Shown here: positions 47,201 through 56,193 of the stretch, piece by piece
Position numbering within the stretch: the stretch's first letter is position 1
Layout of the letters: each line of letters opens with the position of its first letter
NCBI GenBank assembly: GCA_944386755.1
Contig: CALXCF010000007.1
Coordinates: 1,970-65,969, forward strand
Direction of reading: 5' to 3'
DNA: 64,000 nt
From: an uncultured Clostridia bacterium
GTDB taxonomy: Bacteria; Bacillota; Clostridia; TANB77; CAG-508
The notes under the pieces: model-generated
Database searches by the model: none
What the model saw: the letters and a program-made list of their open reading frames with translations, nothing else
What the model was told of the DNA's origin: nothing
Program-made: the position numbers and the translations under genes

Positions 47201-48439
47201 TCTGTTCCAGAATTTTTCATAAAGTTCTTTTGCAGTTCTTGGACTGTCTACACCATCTTTATTTTTTACTGGTGCAAAGTCATCTTCTCTTTTTCCTCTT
47301 AATATTGCTATGTCATCAAAAAATTCAAATGCATCAAAAATAAATGATTCAAATTTATATGAATTTGGTTCTTCTGGTATTACTTCTTTACCATCTTCAT
47401 CTATATATGAATTTTTCTTGAATGCACTATGATACATTAATGTTTCTTTACTAATTTTTTCTATTGCATCTATTGTATATAGATTACACATTATATGTGA
47501 TTCTCCGTATTTAAGTTCTCCATTTTCATCTACTTCTTCAGCCATTTTTTCTGGTAACTCTGCATATTCTATTACTTTTGGGTGTCCATTCATTTTGCAA
47601 AATACTCCTACCTTTTCATGTGGATTTGCTTTTACTACTGATTTTGATGCTATTTGTACACCTTTTTTTACTGCCATTCCTAAAAGCACTGTATCTGCCA
47701 TTTTTAATAGTGCATTATCTACTCCACCAATGAATACCCATTTAATTCCTCTTTCTTTCATGTCTGCTAAACTTCCACTTGCTCTTAATGAAGAATATGT
47801 ACCACCATTGCCATCAGATGCTTCTTTTATTTTCATATCTTTATTTATTAGAAGTTTTCCTTCTGTATCTACTAATGGTAATTCACTTTGTGTAAATATT
47901 ATCACATCATCTTTGTTATATCCAAAGTAATTATTTTTTTCTAAAAATTCTACTGTTTGTTTGTTATTTTCTTTACTTGTCATAATATACCAAGGGATAC
48001 TTACATCGTATTTTTTGTTTGCTTCTTTTAAATTTTCTGCTAATATTTCAAATAAATATTTTCCTTTACCATATACATCTAATTTAAATGTTCCTTTAGG
48101 TCCTGAATGTCCTAATCTTGTTCCTTGACCTCCTGCCATTGTGACTACTGCATATTGATTGTTTTTTATAACTTCTTCTCCTAGTTTTTCGAATTCTTCT
48201 TTTTGTCCTGGTGTTAGTTTTGCTTTATCTAAATATGGTAATGGTTCTATTTTATTTTCTTTTATCTCAATTTCTTTTTTTGTATTATCATATAATTCCA
48301 TAATTTGATGAAAATCTATATGGTTTATTTGTTCAATTAATTCTGCTTTTTGTTCTTCATTTAATTTTTCTAATAATTTTATAATATGTTCTTGATTGTA
48401 CATTTTTAAAATGTCAATTGCATCTTGTACTTTATCCAT
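47189..48439 (-). CDS. UDP-N-acetylhexosamine/UDP-sugar pyrophosphorylase (UDPGP type 1 family)
   Basis: VTMAGGQGTRLGHSGPKGTF motif, 416 aa. The last codons (NRD-stop) lie in the repeat stem. Confidence 0.75.
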   Translation of the reverse strand: MDKVQDAIDILKMYNQEHIIKLLEKLNEEQKAELIEQINHIDFHQIMELYDNTKKEIEIKENKIEPLPYLDKAKLTPGQKEEFEKLGEEVIKNNQYAVVTMAGGQGTRLGHSGPKGTFKLDVYGKGKYLFEILAENLKEANKKYDVSIPWYIMTSKENNKQTVEFLEKNNYFGYNKDDVIIFTQSELPLVDTEGKLLINKDMKIKEASDGNGGTYSSLRASGSLADMKERGIKWVFIGGVDNALLKMADTVLLGMAVKKGVQIASKSVVKANPHEKVGVFCKMNGHPKVIEYAELPEKMAEEVDENGELKYGESHIMCNLYTIDAIEKISKETLMYHSAFKKNSYIDEDGKEVIPEEPNSYKFESFIFDAFEFFDDIAILRGKREDDFAPVKNKDGVDSPRTAKELYEKFWNRNRD

Positions 48440-48569
48440 CCTTTTTTCATCCTTTCAGTCTTATATTGTAATTATTTTTCAACCATTCTTGTATATTATA
48501 TTCAACTCCTACTAATGGTGCTATTTTATCACATATTTTTTTTATTATCAAGTTTTTTAATCAAACTTG

Positions 48570-48597
48570 TCATATTACAAGAAAATGCTCAATATAT
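48570..48597 (+). promoter_or_regulatory. possible sigma-E-type promoter for spoIVA
   Basis: TCATATT-13 nt-CAATATAT resembles the sigma-E consensus (kmATATT / CATACAnT). Weak. Confidence 0.25.
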
Positions 48598-48653
48598 ATT
48601 AACTAAAGTAATTTGTACAAACATTTTATACTGATTATTAAGGAGGTAAATAG

Positions 48654-50132
48654 ATGGAAAATACTAGTTTGTATCAAGACATCGCAAAAAGAACAGATGG
48701 TGATATTTATGTAGGGGTGGTAGGTCCTGTTCGTACTGGTAAATCTACTTTTATAAAGAAATTCATGGATTTATTAGTAATTCCAAACATAGAAAATAAC
48801 TACAAAAAAGAACGTGCAAAAGATGAATTACCACAAAGTGCTGGTGGCAAAACAATAATGACAACAGAGCCTAAATTTGTTCCAAATGAGGCTGTTGAAA
48901 TAACTTTAGATAATAATCTAAAATTTAGAACTAGATTGGTTGATTGTGTTGGATATTTAGTTGATAATGCTATTGGTTATTTAGAAGATGATATGCCAAG
49001 AATGGTTAAAACACCTTGGTCTGATGAGGAAATTCCTTTTGAAACTGCTGCTGAAATTGGAACTAAAAAAGTTATTGAGGAACATTCAACTATTGGCATT
49101 CTAGTTACAACTGATGGTAGCATTACAGATATTCCAAGAGATGACTATATTAAAGCTGAAGAAAGAGTTGTATCTGAATTAAAGGCATTAAACAAACCTT
49201 TTGTAATTTTACTAAATTCATATTCTCCTGAATCTGATTATGCAAAAGAATTGGCCCAAAACTTAAGCGAAAAATATCAAACAACAGTTATTCCAATTAA
49301 TTGTGAATATCTAACAATTGATGATATTAATGAAATATTTTCAAAAATTTTATATGAATTTCCAGCTAGTCAAATTCGTATAAAATTTCCTAAATGGATT
49401 GACGGTTTAGATTTTAGCCACCCATTAAAAGCTGAATTATATAAAGAAATTAAAGATGCATTTTTAGATATTAGAGTTTTGAAAGATGTTTCTAATTGTG
49501 TAAATAAAATATCAACTACTCAAATAATTTCACAAACTAAGATATCTAATATCCAACTAGGTTCTGGTAATGTAAATATTGATATTACTCTAAAAGAGGA
49601 ATTGTTCTATCAAGTATTATCAGAAATTACAGAAGTTCCTGTTTCCAATGAAGGTGACTTATTTAGCATAATTTCAGAACTTTCTAAAACTAAGAAGAAA
49701 TATGACAGAATATCTTATGCATTAGATGAAGTTGAACGTAAAGGCTATGGTATTGTTACTCCTTCAATTGATGATTTAGTTTTAGAAGAACCTGAGATGA
49801 TTAAACAAGGTTCAAGGTTTGGTGTAAAATTAAAAGCAACTGCTCCTTCAATTCATTTAATAAAAACAAATGTAGAAACTGAAGTTTCACCTATTGTAGG
49901 CTCAGAAAAACAATCTGAAGAATTAGTAAATTACTTATTATCTGAATTTGAAAGTAATCCAAAAGAAATTTGGGAATCCAATATTTTTGGAAAGAGTTTG
50001 CATGAGCTTGTAAATGAAGGTTTACAAACTAAACTTGCTAAAATGCCAGAAGAGGCACAAATTAAACTTCAAGAGACTTTAGAGAGAATTGTTAATGAAG
50101 GTAGTGGAGGATTAATTTGTATAATTCTTTAA
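48654..50132 (+). CDS. spoIVA: stage IV sporulation protein A
   Basis: ..IYVGVVGPVRTGKSTFIKKFMD.. Walker A, 492 aa, C-terminal ..GSGGLICIIL. Confidence 0.95.
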   Translation: MENTSLYQDIAKRTDGDIYVGVVGPVRTGKSTFIKKFMDLLVIPNIENNYKKERAKDELPQSAGGKTIMTTEPKFVPNEAVEITLDNNLKFRTRLVDCVGYLVDNAIGYLEDDMPRMVKTPWSDEEIPFETAAEIGTKKVIEEHSTIGILVTTDGSITDIPRDDYIKAEERVVSELKALNKPFVILLNSYSPESDYAKELAQNLSEKYQTTVIPINCEYLTIDDINEIFSKILYEFPASQIRIKFPKWIDGLDFSHPLKAELYKEIKDAFLDIRVLKDVSNCVNKISTTQIISQTKISNIQLGSGNVNIDITLKEELFYQVLSEITEVPVSNEGDLFSIISELSKTKKKYDRISYALDEVERKGYGIVTPSIDDLVLEEPEMIKQGSRFGVKLKATAPSIHLIKTNVETEVSPIVGSEKQSEELVNYLLSEFESNPKEIWESNIFGKSLHELVNEGLQTKLAKMPEEAQIKLQETLERIVNEGSGGLICIIL

Positions 50133-50204
50133 GAGGGATTTAGGGGACGTTCCTAAAAATCCCTCCTTTTAGGGATTTTTAGGAACGTCCCCCTAATCCC
50201 TGTT
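50132..50204. repeat. two inverted GTCCCC-box hairpins between convergent genes
   Basis: AGAGGGATTtaGGGGACGTTCCtaaaAATCCCTCcttttAGGGATTtttaGGAACGTCCCCctAATCCCTgtt. Confidence 0.9.
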
Positions 50205-51317
50205 TAGTGTAGGATAACTAAATACCTTTCCACCTTCTGTAAATTGTCCACTTGGTGTGTGGTCTTGCAAAAATTCACTTGAGCCTTTTAAGAAATATCT
50301 ATATTTAGAACTTTGGCTAACATATCCAGTTGATGATACTGGATCATCCCATGTACAGTCTATTGCATACCAGTTTCCATTTAATTGCACATAGTTCCAA
50401 GCATGGTTTTCTGTTTGTCCTTGTGAATTTGTTCCTGTTCCAATAACTAATGTACAAGGTATTCCTAATTCATCCATCAAATACTTAAAACTCCTTGCAT
50501 ATCCTTCACATACTGCGCTTCCATTTACTAATGCTCCATAAACATTGTAAATATTACTTTGAGATACTGTTGTGTCATATTCAATATTTTCTACTAAATA
50601 ATCATGTACCATTTTTATATCATCATATGCATTTCCGCTTCTATTTTGTAATATTTGATTTTTTACTTGTTCTATCTGACTAATTGCACTTTCCACTTGT
50701 GCTTGTGATGTAAATTCATCTATAAAGTAGTTATTTTCGTTACCATTGTTTATAAATACATTATATGTGACACTATTTCCAACAGTTGTAGTTTCAATAT
50801 TTAGATACATTTTATTTGGACTCAAATAAAATATCTCTGGATTATCATATGTATATGCTTCAATTGCAGATTGATAATATTGTCCTAACAAATCACTACC
50901 ATTTGCTTGATTTAATATATCTGAAAAGCTATTTCCTAATTCTATTTTATAATTTCCGCTTTTCATATTTTCTTTATTACTTTCAAATGCTTTATAAATT
51001 ATTTGTGATGGTTCTTCTAGTTGATTATAAAAATATTTGTCTACTGTTACATTACTATAATCAACATTGACAGCAGAACTTTGACCGCTATCTTGTATTT
51101 GGTCAAATGGATTTTCTATTATTTGTGGTGTTTTTATATCTTGGTCTATTGTATTTCTATTTTGATTTTCAGAAATTACTGTTTGTACACCTTCGACTTC
51201 TGCCACTGATTGAAGGTCTTTAAATTCCTGCCAGAAAATCATTCCGAAAAGTGCAAATACAGCTATTATCAAAACTGTTACAATAGATATAATAAAAGTT
51301 GCAAATCTACTTTTCAT
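50193..51317 (-). CDS. transglutaminase-like domain protein (membrane-anchored)
   Basis: Cys-His-Asp core: AVCEGYARSF..HAWNYVQ..DCTWDD. N-terminal TM segment. The last codons lie in the repeat. Confidence 0.75.
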   Translation of the reverse strand: MKSRFATFIISIVTVLIIAVFALFGMIFWQEFKDLQSVAEVEGVQTVISENQNRNTIDQDIKTPQIIENPFDQIQDSGQSSAVNVDYSNVTVDKYFYNQLEEPSQIIYKAFESNKENMKSGNYKIELGNSFSDILNQANGSDLLGQYYQSAIEAYTYDNPEIFYLSPNKMYLNIETTTVGNSVTYNVFINNGNENNYFIDEFTSQAQVESAISQIEQVKNQILQNRSGNAYDDIKMVHDYLVENIEYDTTVSQSNIYNVYGALVNGSAVCEGYARSFKYLMDELGIPCTLVIGTGTNSQGQTENHAWNYVQLNGNWYAIDCTWDDPVSSTGYVSQSSKYRYFLKGSSEFLQDHTPSGQFTEGGKVFSYPTLNRD

Positions 51318-51405
51318 ATCTTTTGTTCCCTTCTTTTTTTATTATCATTGATTTATATAATATCTATTGGTTGATAATTGATTTCAAATCTTTTTGTATA
51401 TATGT

Positions 51406-51479
51406 GTTCATAATTGTTTCAAAAAAATTGGTCCCCCTTTTAAGGATATCCACCAATTTTTTTGAATTCAATTATGAAC
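51406..51479. repeat. TGC element copy 2
   Basis: gttcataattg-tttcAAAAAAATTGGTCCCCCTTTTAAGGATATCCACCAATTTTTttgaatt-caattatgaac. Confidence 0.9.
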
Positions 51480-51599
51480 GTAAAAATATATTTTAACTTT
51501 GCCTCAAAACTATTATACCATTTTTTTATAACAATTAATAGTATATTTTCCTATATTTTTGAAATACTAAATAAAAATATATTATTTAAGGAAGTGCTT

Positions 51600-53316
51600 A
51601 TGCAAATAAAAAATTTGTGGCAAAAATACTTTGCCTATACACCAATTCAAGAATACGAATTTAATTTAACATCAGATTCTGAGCAAAATTCTCAAGCACA
51701 AGTGGATAACTTAGAAAATCCACAAAAGCAAATTGAGAATATTTTTCCTAGCTTATCTGTTAATTTAGAATACATGAAAACCAGATATAATTTGATGATT
51801 AATAGTGATGTTGTATTAAGAGAATTCACTTTAAATATTAGAGGAAAACAATACAATGCATTTCTATTTTATATAGAAGCTATGGTAGACTCTGTCATCT
51901 TAGATGACTTTGTTTTAAAACCTTTAATGCTTAGAAATAGAAGTAATACTTTTGATGGTCCACAACACAAAGTTGTTTCAGAAGCTGTTACTAATAACAT
52001 TACTGTTAGAAAAGTAAAAAAATTTGACTTAGCTTCATATATCATGAATTGTTTAATGCCTCAAAATAATGTAAAAACTCAAAGCAAATTTTCTGATATT
52101 ATATCTAGTATTAATTCTCGGAAATTGTGCATTATTTATTGATACATTATCAGTTGCTTTTGATATCGAAGTTAAAGGTTTCAAACAACGTAGTGTTGAT
52201 AAACCAGCTAATGAAATCGTTGTAAAAGGTCCACATGAGGCATTTGTAGAAAATATACGTATTAATACTTCACTAATTAGAAGAATTGTAAATTATGAAG
52301 ATTTAGTTATTGAAAATCTTGTTGTTGGAAAGGTTACTCAAACAAAATGTGCAATATGCTATTTATCAGATATAACTAATTCTGATTTAATTGCTGAAGT
52401 TAAATATAGAGTTAATAATTTGGATATAGATTCTTTGCTTTCCTCTGGTCAACTTGAACAACTAATTTCTGACAAAAGCTCTTTGAATGTACCTCAGGTG
52501 TTAGCAACTGAAAGACCTGATAAAGCTAGTAGCTATCTATTAAATGGAAGAGTTGTAGTTTTAGTCAATGGCTCTCCATATGCTTTAATTATGCCTGCAA
52601 TTTTAAATGATTTTTTAAGTTCACCTGATGATATGAATGAAAAATCTCTTTTTGCAAATTTTCTAAAATTCATTAGAGCTTTTGCAACATTTTTAACCTT
52701 GCTTTTACCAGGTCTTTATATTGCAATAACAAGTTTTCATCAAGAGTTATTACCAACAGAACTACTATTTTCTATTTTAGCATCTAGGGAAAACGTACCT
52801 TTTCCAAGTTTTGTTGAAATTTTCTTGCTAGAAATTTCATTTGAATTAATACGTGAAGCAGGACTTCGTGTACCTTCCCCTCTTGGCCCTACAATTGGTA
52901 TTGTTGGAGCTTTAGTGTTGGGACAAGCTGCTGTTTCTGCTGGTGTTGTTAGCCCTATTTTAGTTATAGTTGTTGCAATTACAGGAATTTCATCTTTTGC
53001 TATACCAGATTATTCATTTGGATTACATGTACGTATAACTCGTTTTGTCTTTATATTTTTAGGATATTTATGTGGATTTCTTGGAATTGCATTAGGACTG
53101 TTTGTATATCTATCAATGATGGCTGGAACAACATCATTTGGAGTTCCATACATGACTGGAGTTTCACCATTAGAAAAAGAAAAAGGAAATACGTATTTTC
53201 TTCCTCCTATTTGGAAAAGAGAATATCGTTCAACTTTCCTTCGTTCTAAGAAAGAAAAGAAACAGGCTGATATTTCAATGAAATGGTGCAATGGGGACGG
53301 CCCCAAAATGCACTAA
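51600..53316 (+). pseudogene. GerA-family spore germination protein (GerAA/GerKA-like) with +1 frameshift near 52110
   Basis: Frame A (51600-52142) ends ..DIISSINSRKLCIIY*. Frame B from 52111 continues LILGNCALFIDTLSVAFDIEVKGF.., which is the expected continuation. Confidence 0.7.
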
Positions 53317-53388
53317 ATAATGCAACAGGGACAGATTAGCATGTCACCTTTGCACCATTTGGTGCAAAGTAACACGTCCCCATTGCAC
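53286..53388. repeat. two inverted two-box GTCCC units between gerA-type and gerB-type genes
   Basis: GTGCAatGGGGACGgccccaaaaTGCACtaaataatgcaacaGGGAC...GTCACctTTGCACCAtttGGTGCAAAgtaacacGTCCCCatTGCAC. Confidence 0.85.
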
Positions 53389-53404
53389 TGAAAGGATGAA
53401 AAGA

Positions 53405-54574
53405 ATGAGTAATTCAAGAATTTCTGTTCCAGAAGCTGTTAGTATTATTTTAATAGTTTTGGTGGCACACACTTTAGTTTCTTTACCTAAGAACCTTTTA
53501 AATGTTACTGGTTCTGCAACTCTTATTAATTTATTATATGTTGGTATTATTATGTTTTTCCTTGTTCTTTTAATGGTAAAACTCTTCAAAGGGTTTGCAG
53601 GGCAAGATATTATTGATATTTCCAACTTTCTTGGTGGACCTGTTTTTCAAAAGATAGTAGGTATGATTTTTATTTTCTACTTCATTTTTAGTAGTAGCAT
53701 TTTACTTAGAAATTTTTGTGAGTGTTTAAAAACTGTATATTATCCAATGACTAGCCTTTTCTTTATTTTATTAACTTTTATTATTGCACTTTGTATTTCT
53801 AATAATTTTAACTTTTCTGTTACTGCTAAAATTAATTTAATTATTTTACCTATAATTTTTGTTAGTATATTATTTATATTTTTTGCTAACAACCAAAACT
53901 TATCTTTTGAAAATATGACACCTATACTTGGTAATGGTCTTTTTGATACTTTTGTTACTGGCCTTGGTAACTTAGGTGCATTTGGTGGAATTGTATTTTT
54001 ATATTTTATTCCTCCATATTTAAAAGAACCTAAAAAGTTTAAAAAAGTAGCAATGATTTCGATTTGTCTTTCTATTGTTTATCTTATAATATGTGTTGCT
54101 ATAATTCTTTTGACTTTTACCTTTTTATTAAAAGTTGATGAAATAATGCCTCTTTACTCTGCTGCAAGATATATTGAGTTCGGCTCATTTTTCCAAAGGT
54201 TAGAGTCAATTCTTTTACTAATTTGGATTATTGGTATGGCATGTTACTTTAGTATTACTCTTCATATTGCTATGAATATTTTTAAGAAAATCACTAATAT
54301 TCGTGACTCAAAACCGCTGCTTATTCCTTTTGCTTTATTAATGCTTTCTATTAGCTTACTTCCCTCTAACTACAGTATTTCTAAATATTTAGAAACTGAT
54401 ATATATCCTCGTATTGTTATTTGGATTGGGCTTGTGCTTAGTACATTGATTTTAATACTTGCTTATTTTAAGAAAAGAATTAAGACACTTTCACATAATA
54501 ATTCCCAAGGTCAAAATATTTCATCGACTATTTCAAAAAAGAAAGGATTTATAGGAAATGAAAGTATGGATTAG
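53405..54574 (+). CDS. spore germination protein, GerAB/GerKB-type permease
   Basis: About 10-TM APC-type permease following the gerA-type gene. ATG 53405 lies 8 nt after AAAGGA; an alternative ATG is at 53396. Confidence 0.8.
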   Translation: MSNSRISVPEAVSIILIVLVAHTLVSLPKNLLNVTGSATLINLLYVGIIMFFLVLLMVKLFKGFAGQDIIDISNFLGGPVFQKIVGMIFIFYFIFSSSILLRNFCECLKTVYYPMTSLFFILLTFIIALCISNNFNFSVTAKINLIILPIIFVSILFIFFANNQNLSFENMTPILGNGLFDTFVTGLGNLGAFGGIVFLYFIPPYLKEPKKFKKVAMISICLSIVYLIICVAIILLTFTFLLKVDEIMPLYSAARYIEFGSFFQRLESILLLIWIIGMACYFSITLHIAMNIFKKITNIRDSKPLLIPFALLMLSISLLPSNYSISKYLETDIYPRIVIWIGLVLSTLILILAYFKKRIKTLSHNNSQGQNISSTISKKKGFIGNESMD

Positions 54575-55781
54575 ACGACTTTTTATTTTAATTGTAATGA
54601 TAATATTTTTAGTAGCTTTTTCTGGCTCTTATTCTGCTTTAAGTATTGATAATTTGTCAACTGTTGTTGCAATAGCAATAGATACTTCTGATATAAATAA
54701 GTTGCGAATGAGCTTTCAGTTTACTAATGCCTCTTCTGTTTCAGAATCTGGCTCAACTGAACAATCTCCTTCAATTATTTATAGTATTGATTGTTCTTCA
54801 ATTAGTAATGGAGTTAACTTGATGAATACTTATATCGGAAAAGAACTTAATTTATCACATTGTAAAGTAATAGCTTTTTCTGAAGAATTAGCTATGAATG
54901 GAATTTCAGAGGAAGTTTATACTTTATTTAATAATGCCCAAATTAGACCTTCTACAAATGTTGTTATTACAAAATGTACTGCAAAATATTATTTGGAAAA
55001 TTCTAAACCTTTAGCTGAAAACTTATTAACTAAATATTATGAAATTTTCGCAAATTCTAGTAAATCAACGGGTTATACTGTTAATGCTACTCTTGGAGAA
55101 TTTTTTAGTAGTCTCATTTGCGATTCTTGTGAAGGTTATGCAATTTTAGGTGGTATTAGTTCTGAAGATAGTGAATCAACTACTGGAATAGATTCTCAAA
55201 AGGATTCTTCTAGTAAAGCAAATTCTTCATCTTTATCTGGAAAAATTACAAGTGAAAATATAGGTATGGCAGTTTTTAAAGGTGATAAATTAGTTGGAGA
55301 ATTAAATTCTATTGAAACTTTGTCTTTTTTAGCAACAAGAAATGAAATTTCTAGCTTTCTAGTCTCTGTTCCAGACCCTAATGATAGTAGTTCATATATT
55401 GATATTTATTTAACTCCTATTATAGATTCTAGAATAGATGTAAATATTGTAAATGGTTCACCATATATTGAAGTTTCTTATTCTTTTACTGGACGTATTT
55501 ATTCGATGAAGGCAAATTCTAATTATTTAGATGATGATGTCCTTGATAAAATTTCTGATTCTTGTTCTAATTACTTGGAAACAGTGTTTTCTAACTACTT
55601 ATATAAGACTTCTAAAGATTTGGAATCTGATATTAATGGTTTTGGTAAAAATGCTAAAAGTAAGTTTTTAACGACTCAAGATTTTGAAAATTACGATTGG
55701 CTTGAACATTATTCTGATAGTTTCTTTGATGTGTCTGTTGATGTTTCAATTCGTTCAAGTTATCTATTGACAGAAACTTAA
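54558..55781 (+). CDS. spore germination lipoprotein, Ger(x)C family
   Basis: Signal/lipobox-like N-terminus and 407 aa. Overlaps the gerB-type end, giving the A-B-C order. Confidence 0.8.
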   Translation: MKVWIRRLFILIVMIIFLVAFSGSYSALSIDNLSTVVAIAIDTSDINKLRMSFQFTNASSVSESGSTEQSPSIIYSIDCSSISNGVNLMNTYIGKELNLSHCKVIAFSEELAMNGISEEVYTLFNNAQIRPSTNVVITKCTAKYYLENSKPLAENLLTKYYEIFANSSKSTGYTVNATLGEFFSSLICDSCEGYAILGGISSEDSESTTGIDSQKDSSSKANSSSLSGKITSENIGMAVFKGDKLVGELNSIETLSFLATRNEISSFLVSVPDPNDSSSYIDIYLTPIIDSRIDVNIVNGSPYIEVSYSFTGRIYSMKANSNYLDDDVLDKISDSCSNYLETVFSNYLYKTSKDLESDINGFGKNAKSKFLTTQDFENYDWLEHYSDSFFDVSVDVSIRSSYLLTET

Positions 55782-55815
55782 TTATAAACTTAATATTAAT
55801 GTTTGGAGGTTTGTT

Positions 55816-55995
55816 ATGTTTGATTCTTTACAATTTATTTTATTTATTATTGTTATTATTTCTGTTTTTCTAAAGGTTGTAGCATATGGTTTATATGAAA
55901 TTAGGCAGGAAAATAATAAATTTGGTGGGATTACTGTTATTTTGTTTTCTTTGGTGGTTTCAATACTTAGTATAGTTTCACTGTTTTCAATTTAG
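55816..55995 (+). CDS. small 2-TM membrane protein (59 aa, hypothetical)
   Basis: Hand translation gives MFDSLQFILFIIVIISVFLKVVAYGLYEIRQENNKFGGITVILFSLVVSILSIVSLFSI*. GGAGG lies 6 nt upstream. Confidence 0.5.
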   Translation: MFDSLQFILFIIVIISVFLKVVAYGLYEIRQENNKFGGITVILFSLVVSILSIVSLFSI

Positions 55996-56026
55996 TTAAA
56001 AGTTGATTTTCCTATACAATAAATAA

Positions 56027-56173
56027 TTGTTACTAGTCAGCTTTTAAATTAGATTGCCCTGTTTAACCGTAATTGTTTCAAAAAAATTGGTCCCCCTTTT
56101 AAGGATATCCACCAATTTTTTTGAAATCAATTACTGACGCGGGCTTGAAATTAATATAGCTGACTAGTAACAA
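56027..56173. repeat. TGC element copy 3 with an extra 15-bp outer stem
   Basis: ttgttactagtcagc ... gtaattgtttcAAAAAAATTGGTCCCCCTTTTAAGGATATCCACCAATTTTTttgaaatcaattac ... gctgactagtaacaa. Confidence 0.9.
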
Positions 56174-56193
56174 TTCCTATGTCTATGATAATT

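Noticed and set aside
53344-53625. 93-aa minus-strand ORF across the repeat doublet and the gerB-type start.
   Set aside because: It is antisense to a well-supported permease gene and begins inside repeat sequence.
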